Shown piece by piece: positions 24,792 to 32,426 of a stretch of DNA of 32,426 nt; within the stretch, counting starts at the first letter, position 1; each line of letters opens with the position of its first letter. A model generated the notes under the pieces. That model worked only from the letters and a program-made list of their open reading frames with translations. It was not told the origin of the DNA and did no database searches. Position numbers and translations under genes: made by a program. The stretch is from assembly GCA_963712115.1 (NCBI GenBank), contig CAVQGX010000062.1, forward strand, positions 1-32,426. Direction: 5' to 3'. Origin of the DNA: an uncultured delta proteobacterium. GTDB lineage: Bacteria > Desulfobacterota > Syntrophobacteria > BM002.

Positions 24792-27443
24792 TTGGGTAGA
24801 CCTGTGGAAATCATCACCACTCACATAAATGCTGATTTTGACGCCATGGCGTCCATGATTGCCGCAAGCAAGCTATACCCAGAGGCGGTCATGGTGTTTC
24901 CAGGCTCGCAGGAGCATAACCTTAGAGAGTTTCTGGTAGAGTCCACCTTCTACTTCTTTAATTTCGCCAAAATAAGAGATCTGGAATTTACTAGAATTAG
25001 CCGTCTCATTCTGGTCGATACCAGGCAGGCGGGACGTATAGGGAAATTCGAGAACTTGGTAAAAGAGAAAAAAGTTGACATCCACATATACGATCATCAC
25101 CCCGATTCTGAAGATGATGTTTCTGGATCCATAGAGGTGGTAAAACCAGTTGGGGCCACCGTCACCATCCTCACCGAACTTATCAGGGAGCGTGGCATCC
25201 AACTCACGCCTGATGAGGCCACCATCCTCACTTTAGGTATCTACGAAGATACCGGCTCATTTACATTTTCATCCACCACTCCAGCGGACTACGAAGCCGC
25301 CCGCTTTCTTCTCACCCAGGGAGCAAATCTCAATATGGTGTCCGATATGCTCACGCGGGAGCTGACAGCAGAACAAATTTCGCTCCTGAATGATCTGATC
25401 CACTCGGCCACCACTCACACGATCAATACCATCCCAATTTGCATTGCCCGGGCTTCAGTGGATAAGTACATAGGGGATTTCGCTTTGCTGGTTCATAAAC
25501 TTATGGACATGGAAAACCTTAATGTGTTATTCGCCCTGGCCCGAATGGAAGACCGTATCTACATGGTGGCGCGTAGCCGTTTGCCTGAAATTAACGTGGG
25601 AGAAATTGCTGCGGTCTTTGGCGGAGGTGGTCACTCCAGTGCTGCCTCGGCAACCATAAAGGCCCTTACTTTGATCCAAGTTGAAGAAGAACTTTTCCGA
25701 ATTCTCCAGAGCTGGATTAATCCCAAACAGAGGGCAAAACACCTGATGTCGTCCCCGGTCATATCGGTTCCACCTAAACTTAGCCTGCAAGAGGCCGCTG
25801 ACCTTCTAACGCGCTATAACATCAACGCTGCTCCGGTGTTAGATGGAGAACTTCTGGTGGGCATTCTTTCGCGTCAAATGATAGACAAAGGCATATATCA
25901 CGGTCTTAAGGACGTACCTATAAGTGACTTCATGGGGACAGAATTCAGTAGCGTATCCCCTGATGCTTCCTTGATTGAAATTCAGGAGCATCTGGTGGAT
26001 CTGCAGCAGCGATTACTTCCTGTGGTGGAGGGGAACAAGGTGGTTGGAGTTATTACCCGCAAGGACCTACTCAATACACTGTTACACGACCCGAGCCGGA
26101 TTCCCACCTACCTTTACGAACCCGTCCACCAAGCAGAGAACAAGCGCCGCAAGAATGTCTCGAATGTAATGAGAGAACAGTTGCCCCGCCGGATCAACGA
26201 AATATTAGAGGAAGCGGGAAGGGCTGCTGCAGAGCATGATTACAAGGCTTACGCAGTAGGAGGTTTTATCCGCGATCTAGTGTTGCGACGGCCGAACCTG
26301 GACATTGATATTGTGGTGGAGGGCGACGGCATCGTCTTTGCCAAGGATTTTGCTCAAAGCTATGATGCTCGGGTGAGATCTTATAAGAAGTTTGGCACGG
26401 CGGTAGTGATTTTTCCTGACGGCTTCAAGATTGATGTGGCCACTGCCCGGCTGGAGTATTACGAGTACCCAGCAGCTTTGCCCACAGTTGAACTGAGCTC
26501 TCTTAAACTGGATCTTTACAGACGTGATTTCACTATAAACACCCTGGCGGTGGAGTTGAACCCAGGCAGATTCGGCAAGTTGATAGATTATTTCGGAGCC
26601 CAGAGGGATTTCAAAGACAAGGCCATCAGGGTTCTTCACAATTATAGCTTTGTGGAGGATCCCACGCGAGTTCTTCGGGCTATTCGGTATGAGCAGCGCT
26701 TGGGTTTTCGCATTATGAAACATACCTCCAACCTCATTGAGAATGCAGTGAAGATGAAACTGCTTGTGGAGTTGAGTGGCAGGCGACTTACAAACGAGCT
26801 CAAATTGATACTAAGTGAGGAGAATCCCATTCCTGCCATCAACAGAATGAACGAGTACAACCTTTTACCTTTCCTTCATCCTGATATCCAATACGGATCT
26901 TCGGTGGAGCGGCTCTTGAGAGAGATCGGCTCAGTGCTGGCTTGGTACGATCTTAGCTTTATCAAAAACGGCTGTGACAGATGGCTGGTTTACCTTTTGG
27001 CTCTCATTGATCCTTTGAGCCCCATAGGGCTAGAGGATTTCTGCATCAAAATGGAGTTCCCGCCGCGTCTCGCAAGCTTGCTGGTGGAGGGCAGGGAAAA
27101 GGCTATTTCTGTTGGGAGAGGGTTTTATCGCAAACCTGACCTGAAGCCGAGTGAGATCTATCACCTATTGGAAGGTCTTGGTACAGAGTGGCTACTGTTC
27201 ATAATGGCAAAAACCCAGCAGGAAGACACGCGACGTGCTATAAGTCGCTATTTCCGCGATCTGAAAGATGTGCGGCCGAAGTTGCGCGGCAGAGACTTGA
27301 AAGACATGGGAATTACACCTGGGCCGGTTTATCGCCGGATCCTCGATCAACTTCTCGCCGGCCGACTAAATGGGGAGTTGTCGAGCAGAGAAGAGGAGAT
27401 GGAATTTGTTCGGCAGCACTTTTTAGAGGCAGCGAAGATGTGA
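24792..27443 (+). CDS. DHH-DHHA1-CBS-CBS-tRNA nucleotidyltransferase (probably A-adding)
   Basis: HINADFD, DHH, GGGGH; CBS pair; VGGFIRD, DIDIV, DLYRRDFTIN, EDPTRVLRA. Confidence 0.9.
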   Translation: MGRPVEIITTHINADFDAMASMIAASKLYPEAVMVFPGSQEHNLREFLVESTFYFFNFAKIRDLEFTRISRLILVDTRQAGRIGKFENLVKEKKVDIHIYDHHPDSEDDVSGSIEVVKPVGATVTILTELIRERGIQLTPDEATILTLGIYEDTGSFTFSSTTPADYEAARFLLTQGANLNMVSDMLTRELTAEQISLLNDLIHSATTHTINTIPICIARASVDKYIGDFALLVHKLMDMENLNVLFALARMEDRIYMVARSRLPEINVGEIAAVFGGGGHSSAASATIKALTLIQVEEELFRILQSWINPKQRAKHLMSSPVISVPPKLSLQEAADLLTRYNINAAPVLDGELLVGILSRQMIDKGIYHGLKDVPISDFMGTEFSSVSPDASLIEIQEHLVDLQQRLLPVVEGNKVVGVITRKDLLNTLLHDPSRIPTYLYEPVHQAENKRRKNVSNVMREQLPRRINEILEEAGRAAAEHDYKAYAVGGFIRDLVLRRPNLDIDIVVEGDGIVFAKDFAQSYDARVRSYKKFGTAVVIFPDGFKIDVATARLEYYEYPAALPTVELSSLKLDLYRRDFTINTLAVELNPGRFGKLIDYFGAQRDFKDKAIRVLHNYSFVEDPTRVLRAIRYEQRLGFRIMKHTSNLIENAVKMKLLVELSGRRLTNELKLILSEENPIPAINRMNEYNLLPFLHPDIQYGSSVERLLREIGSVLAWYDLSFIKNGCDRWLVYLLALIDPLSPIGLEDFCIKMEFPPRLASLLVEGREKAISVGRGFYRKPDLKPSEIYHLLEGLGTEWLLFIMAKTQQEDTRRAISRYFRDLKDVRPKLRGRDLKDMGITPGPVYRRILDQLLAGRLNGELSSREEEMEFVRQHFLEAAKM

Positions 27444-27516
27444 GATGAGACGGGGTTGCCAAACCAATTTGTTCGGAGTATTCATCCCACATCCCACATC
27501 TCAGATCACACATCCA
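27437..27516. repeat. Period-7 inverted-arm element (GATGTGA / CATCCCA family)
   Basis: GATGTGA GATGAGA ... CATCCCA CATCCCA CATCTCA GATCACA CATCCA; contains the upstream stop codon. Confidence 0.72.
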
Positions 27517-27549
27517 TTTAGACCCCGAGGGGGATAAAACTAGATAACA

Positions 27550-28290
27550 ATGCTGCAAGATTATGAGATCAAACTAGAAATCTTTGAAGGCCCCATGGAT
27601 TTGTTACTCCACCTAATAAGAAAGAACAAAGTGGACATCTACGACATTCCCATAGCCCTCATTATGGACCAGTACCTAAAGTACCTTGACATGATGAGAA
27701 GCCTTAACATAGATGTTGCCGGGGATTTTTTGGAAATGGCGGCCACGCTGGCATATATCAAGTCCCGCATGTTGGTGCCGAGGGTCGGTTCCGAGGAGGA
27801 GGACGAGGAGGAAGACCCACGCCTGGAATTAGTGAGGCCGTTGCTGGAGTACGTGAAGATAAAAGAGGCCGCTCAGACTCTAGCAGGCAATTTGCAGTTG
27901 GATCGGGATGTCTACGTGCGAAACATCCCAACCGAAGAGTTGTGGGGCATGGAAGGAAGTGAGGAAATTGCCGAGGTGGGTCTCTTTGCCCTGGTTAATG
28001 CTCTCCACGAGGTCTTGAAAAGGGCTGAGCCTGGAGATTTCATGGAGGTGAGCGCAGATACTATGCGGCTCAAGGACAGAATCTCCCAACTTATGGAAAT
28101 TCTGTCAGGTGTTAGTAGTATAACCTTCCACGAACTCTTTCAGGGAAAAGCCAGGAAGATGGAGATGATCCTCACTTTTCTAGCTATCCTTGAACTGGTG
28201 CGGTTGCAGATGGTCCGAGCTTTTCAGCATCAACCCAGTGGCATTATTCGGCTCTACCTTGCGGTTGATGGTGACATCATGGCCAGTTAG
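27550..28290 (+). CDS. scpA: Segregation/condensation protein A
   Basis: FEGPMDLLLHLI, MAATL..IKSRML, TFLAILEL. Confidence 0.95.
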   Translation: MLQDYEIKLEIFEGPMDLLLHLIRKNKVDIYDIPIALIMDQYLKYLDMMRSLNIDVAGDFLEMAATLAYIKSRMLVPRVGSEEEDEEEDPRLELVRPLLEYVKIKEAAQTLAGNLQLDRDVYVRNIPTEELWGMEGSEEIAEVGLFALVNALHEVLKRAEPGDFMEVSADTMRLKDRISQLMEILSGVSSITFHELFQGKARKMEMILTFLAILELVRLQMVRAFQHQPSGIIRLYLAVDGDIMAS

Positions 28291-28316
28291 CAGAAAACTG
28301 TATGGGGGATCTTTAA

Positions 28317-28516
28317 GTCATTTGGCTCACGCCGTCATTGCGCTACGCTGTCATTTGCTACGCGTCACTTGGGCTGGCGCTCGTCATAAGGCCTTACGGC
28401 CGTCATTAAGTTGTTTCAGCACCACAATGACAGGTAACTATGAATGACAGCGTAGCGTATTGACCTAATGACCATAAATGACGCCGAAGGCATATTGACA
28501 GCGGAGCGTAATGACC
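28317..28516. repeat. Mini-hairpin chain element, copy between scpA and scpB
   Basis: Six GTCA-led units, then AATGAC/TTGAC-led units; collinear with 13325-13532. Confidence 0.88.
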
Positions 28517-28592
28517 CGCTTACCCGAATGGCAGATGATACCCTGAGCTTTCCAATACTCGGGCGAAATTTATCGTAGTGGAGACATACCCC

Positions 28593-29150
28593 ATGGCAGA
28601 GTTGCGTGCCATTATTGAAAGCCTTCTATTCGTCTCTGAAGTTCCGTTGAGCCTAGTCAAGATTAAGGCCATCCTCTCCATGCACACTCACGGGGAAATA
28701 ATCCAGGCACTGGAAGAGTTGCGCCAAGAGTATGCTGATGATAGGCACGGGTTTTTCCTGGCCGAGGTGGCACAGGGTTATCAGTTCCGCAGTAAGCCGG
28801 AATACGGAGATTGGATCCGCAAACTGAAGAAAATAATTCCCACCAGATTAAGCCAACCGTCTTTAGAAACTCTGGCTATAATTGCTTATAAGCAGCCAAT
28901 ACTCAGATCGGAGATCGAGAATGTTAGAGGAGTGGATGTGGGTGGTATACTCCGCCTGCTTCTAGAGAAAAATCTCATTAAAATATTGGGCCGCAAGAAT
29001 GTTCCTGGTCGTCCCATTATCTACGGTACCACTCAAAAGTTTCTGGAGTTTTTCAGTCTTAAAGACATATCGTCACTGCCTACTTTGGAGGAAATGGGAG
29101 AGCTGATAGAACAAGTAAATCCAATAGAAAAGCCACCTGAGACCGCATGA
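28593..29150 (+). CDS. scpB: Segregation/condensation protein B
   Basis: IESLLF, LETLAIIAYKQP, IENVRGV, PGRPIIYGTT. GTG at 28578 is an alternative start. Confidence 0.95.
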   Translation: MAELRAIIESLLFVSEVPLSLVKIKAILSMHTHGEIIQALEELRQEYADDRHGFFLAEVAQGYQFRSKPEYGDWIRKLKKIIPTRLSQPSLETLAIIAYKQPILRSEIENVRGVDVGGILRLLLEKNLIKILGRKNVPGRPIIYGTTQKFLEFFSLKDISSLPTLEEMGELIEQVNPIEKPPETA

Positions 29151-29887
29151 ATCAAATGCAAGCTGAGAGATTGCAAAAAATCCTTTCTGAAGCCGGGATT
29201 ACTTCCCGGCGCAAGGCCGAGAAGCTAATACTTCAGGGCCGGGTGTCTGTCAATGGTAGAGTTGTAAGTGAACTGGGCACTAAAGCTGTTTTGGGTAAAG
29301 ATGAAATTTGCGTGGACGGGAAGGCAATCAAACCCGAAACAGAGAAGGTGGTTGTGGCGCTTTTCAAACCCAGGAATTGTGTAACAACGCTCCATGACCC
29401 CCAAGGCAGGCCCACGGTGGCAGAGTTGGTGAAAAGTATTTCTGTGAGGGTGTATCCGGTGGGGCGACTGGACTTTGACGCAGAAGGATTGCTGCTAATG
29501 ACCAATGACGGAGAGTTAGCTCATCGGCTCCAGCACCCCAGATACAAGGTACCTAAAACTTACCTAGTAAAGATTCGCGGTCATCCACTTGAAGAAGCCT
29601 TGGCCCAGTTGCAGCAAGGAATTAGCCTGGAAGACGGCATAACTGCGCCTGCAGAGTTGCATGTGCTGGAAGATGACCACAAGGCAACCTGGCTTAGCCT
29701 TACCCTGAGGGAAGGGCGCAATCATCAAGTGAAACGCATGTGTGCAGCTGTCGGATGTCCGGTGTTGAAATTACGGAGGACCCAAATAGGCCCAATAGAT
29801 CTTGGTAACTTGCGGCCAGGTAGAAGTCGAAGACTTAACGCTAGAGAAGTGCGAGCTCTGCGAGAGGCTGTTGGGCTGGAAAAGTAA
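29147..29887 (+). CDS. rluB: RsuA/RluB-family rRNA pseudouridine synthase
   Basis: S4 domain ERLQK..SRRKAE; VGRLD; EGRNHQVKRM; ATGA-coupled to scpB. Confidence 0.88.
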   Translation: MNQMQAERLQKILSEAGITSRRKAEKLILQGRVSVNGRVVSELGTKAVLGKDEICVDGKAIKPETEKVVVALFKPRNCVTTLHDPQGRPTVAELVKSISVRVYPVGRLDFDAEGLLLMTNDGELAHRLQHPRYKVPKTYLVKIRGHPLEEALAQLQQGISLEDGITAPAELHVLEDDHKATWLSLTLREGRNHQVKRMCAAVGCPVLKLRRTQIGPIDLGNLRPGRSRRLNAREVRALREAVGLEK

Positions 29888-29945
29888 CCATCTCCAAGGG
29901 CAACCATTATCTCGCGACCGCTGGTCCGATTAGTACAGAAGCAAA

Positions 29946-30104
29946 AAATCCGAAATCCAAAGCACTAAGCACGAAACAAATCCGAAATTCAAATACTTCA
30001 ATGTTCAAAACACGACTAGCCCACAAGACTTATTTAAGGTTTCGGACATTTGGATTTTGAAAATTTGAATTTGTTTCGGATTTCGATATTCGGATTTCGT
30101 GTTT
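29946..30104. repeat. ~160-bp inverted-arm element (AAATCCG / CGGATTT family), copy 1
   Basis: Arms 29946-30011 and 30039-30104; homologous to 32122-32279. Confidence 0.88.
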
Positions 30105-30153
30105 GGCATTAATCTTAATCTCTTTGGCACTAAATCTTGGGATAAATAAACAA

Positions 30154-32046
30154 ATGCAGAATAGAGCGACGCGAAGAAGGATTCCTATTAGGCGGCTGGA
30201 GCAGGAGCGGCTTGCGGCCCTTCAGGCGAGAGAGAGGCGACGGACAATTTCTCGCAAACTTAAATGGTCTGTTCTTCTCTTGTTGCTTGCGGCAGTTATT
30301 GCCGGGGTTGTTTATGGCGTTATCTTTGCGCCCTATACAGCCCTAAGAGATATGTTACCCATGCCAAGCAAGCTGATTGCAGTTGATTTTATTGTAAACG
30401 GCGTCTCACACACGGTGCCTGCTGAAGGCACCTTAGTAGTACACCCGGCAGATGTGGTTGAAGTTGATGATATTCATACCGATGGAAGATTTAACTGGGG
30501 TTTAAGACTGAGTTCAGGGCAGTTTCCGGCTAATGAACTGTTGGAAGGTCGGCGGGATATAAGGAAGTTCTGGCCAGAGTTCGAGCATGAAGAACCCTTA
30601 AAAGTTGTAGTGGAGGTAATATCTGGGTCTCGGACCATTGGTCGCTTTCACATGGTTGTGCGACTTCGAGCGAGGGACTGGGTAAAGAAGGCGCAAGAAG
30701 CAACAAGTCCTCAAGAGAAGGTACGCTACTATGAACGTGCTGCGCGTCTAGCCTCGCACAATGCCTTGATTTTGACAAATCTCGCCCAGCTTTATGCTGA
30801 GCAAGACGAATGGGCAAAGGCAGCCTCTACCTACGAGAAGGTGGCGGCCACTAGCAAGACCTCACCTATTCTGCAAAAATTGGTTGAGGCTTACCAGAAA
30901 GCCGGCAAGACCGAGAAAGCCCTTACTTCCTATATCAGACTCATCGAAGTAAGCGGTAATGACAAAGTACCATTTTATGGCTTCATTTCATATCTCAACG
31001 CGAAAAAAAGCCCGGAGCAAGCGGCCTCTTTCCTAGCCACCAACTTGAATGATTTTCCAAAGTCCTACCAGCCGGAGGTCTACGCTTATCTTGGGACGCT
31101 GTATGGCCAGCAGGGAGAATGGCAGAAGGCCATCGAGTTTTACAAACGAGCTTTGGCCGGCGGCTTTGACAACCCTCTCATCCAACTAAATGTGGGGGAG
31201 GCCTATAGTAGGGTTGGAAATTATCGCCAGGCTGAAAAGAGCATACTGTCCTACCTCAAAGAAAAGCCTAAGGATGTGGATGCAAGATTGCGGCTGGCAA
31301 CGGTATACCAAAAAAGAAAAAAGAATAAAGAAGCCATAAAAACCCTTGAGGAGGTTATCAAGGACAACCCCAGATCGCTCAAGGCACATCTGGCGCTGGT
31401 AGATATCTACGAGAAATTGAAAATGGACAAAGAGGCCGCGGCTACTTACGAAGCCATAGCTAAATTGGCTCCCGATAACAAGGTAGTGCATTACAACAAA
31501 GGAGTACTTTACTATGAAATGAAACAATACGACCAGGCTGCTAAAGCATTCGCCATGGTTCTGAAATTGGACAATAAGGATATTGACGCTAGAGAATATT
31601 TAGTGGAGGTTTATCGTCAGGAGAAGAAAACCCGCCAAGCATTGTCGGTTCTAGAAAAACTTATCGAAATGCGCCCTGACTACTGGCCCTACTATGCAAA
31701 AGCATTTGAACTTTACAATCAACTCGAGGCTTACGAGGAGATGACCAAGACTCTTGCCCGCGCCGTCGGCAAGCTGCCTGAGCAACCCGAATTGAGATAT
31801 TTTCTCGCCATTTCCTACGAAAAGAGGAATCTTTTGGTGGAGGCAATTCATCAGTTTGAGGCTCTGGTAAAACTGGCACCAAAAAATACCACTTATCTAA
31901 TGCATTTGGCTGGGCTTTATGAGCAGATCGGCAAGAGCGAAAAAGCGTTAAAGACATATAAGAGAGTGCTCGAGGTAGATCCTGAAAACCCCGAAGCTCA
32001 GGATAGCTATCTACGTTTGAAAATGCGAGAGATAGGAAAGCAGTAG
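30154..32046 (+). CDS. Membrane-anchored TPR protein
   Basis: Arg-rich N-terminus, one TM helix, a beta-rich domain, then many TPRs. ATG 30154 preferred over TTG 30103 at the repeat edge. Confidence 0.85.
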   Translation: MQNRATRRRIPIRRLEQERLAALQARERRRTISRKLKWSVLLLLLAAVIAGVVYGVIFAPYTALRDMLPMPSKLIAVDFIVNGVSHTVPAEGTLVVHPADVVEVDDIHTDGRFNWGLRLSSGQFPANELLEGRRDIRKFWPEFEHEEPLKVVVEVISGSRTIGRFHMVVRLRARDWVKKAQEATSPQEKVRYYERAARLASHNALILTNLAQLYAEQDEWAKAASTYEKVAATSKTSPILQKLVEAYQKAGKTEKALTSYIRLIEVSGNDKVPFYGFISYLNAKKSPEQAASFLATNLNDFPKSYQPEVYAYLGTLYGQQGEWQKAIEFYKRALAGGFDNPLIQLNVGEAYSRVGNYRQAEKSILSYLKEKPKDVDARLRLATVYQKRKKNKEAIKTLEEVIKDNPRSLKAHLALVDIYEKLKMDKEAAATYEAIAKLAPDNKVVHYNKGVLYYEMKQYDQAAKAFAMVLKLDNKDIDAREYLVEVYRQEKKTRQALSVLEKLIEMRPDYWPYYAKAFELYNQLEAYEEMTKTLARAVGKLPEQPELRYFLAISYEKRNLLVEAIHQFEALVKLAPKNTTYLMHLAGLYEQIGKSEKALKTYKRVLEVDPENPEAQDSYLRLKMREIGKQ

Positions 32047-32121
32047 AAGAGTTGCAACCTCCGAGCGATCATTGACCGTAACACCATATTCGGACGAGGA
32101 TAGCCAGCACCAACGATCTCT

Positions 32122-32279
32122 AAATCCAAAATCCTAAATCCGAAGCACGAAACAAATCCCAAATCCGAATTCCCCAATGTTCAAAAGGTAGTTACTCAGA
32201 AGAATAATCTAGTGTTTTGTAAATTGGAATTTTGAACATTTGAATTTGTTTCGGATTTAGATATTCGGATTTCGGATTT
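32122..32279. repeat. ~160-bp inverted-arm element, copy 2
   Basis: Arms 32122-32186 and 32214-32279; shares AAGCACGAAACAAATCC, CAATGTTCAAAA and ATTTGAATTTGTTTCGGATTT with copy 1. Confidence 0.88.
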
Positions 32280-32399
32280 CCCAGTGAAGGAATCAGCGAT
32301 GAGAAATTGACTTCGGTCCTGTCGGTGTTACCTGTTGATTTGAGTTGCATGATTCGGCACGGTGGTGTATAGAAATTTCACCCACGAGGGGTAAGACGT

Positions 32400-32426
32400 G
32401 GGCGGGTAACTCAGTGGTGAGAGTGC
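32400..32426 (+). tRNA. 5' part of a tRNA, truncated by the window (Val-like; anticodon not visible)
   Basis: GGGCGGG-TA-ACTC-AGTGGTGA-GAGT: acceptor 5' strand, T8A9 and a 4-bp D-stem; TTGCAT-17 bp-TATAGA upstream at 32345-32373. Confidence 0.8.

Noticed and set aside
30102-30140. Sigma54 promoter (TGGCAT/TGGCAC)
   Set aside because: No GC at the required -12 spacing for either site; the TGGCAC sites at about 1739 and 1799 are also weak.

Overview
Chromosomal segment, most likely from a Desulfobacterota/deltaproteobacterium (inferred from gene content: xerD-[DHH-CBS-tRNA nucleotidyltransferase]-scpA-scpB-rluB, PxxKW protein, YcaO-TPR, HEAT/HD-GYP pair). It starts with a complete ~1.4 kb IS (TGT...ACA ends, IS1202/ISNCY-like DDE transposase) and ends in the first 27 nt of a tRNA. 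The coding content is mostly housekeeping: a single-chain 2-oxoacid:ferredoxin oxidoreductase, transporters, a Nudix-MutT-dGTPase cluster, RNase D, Smr, MBL and DHH hydrolases, and a TPR protein. The most unusual signal is non-coding. Most long intergenic gaps hold modular repeat elements of two kinds: (i) degenerate period-7/8/9 tandem arrays, often arranged as inverted arms, and (ii) chains of GNA-loop mini-hairpins joined by GTCATT/AATGAC linkers. These modules recur across the window, stack into mosaics, nest inside each other and abut or supply stop codons. One 159-bp composite occurs as a perfect inverted pair around a 2.3-kb three-gene segment next to xerD. No enzyme that obviously mobilises them is encoded in the window. 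All calls come from reading the sequence by eye; no searches were run.
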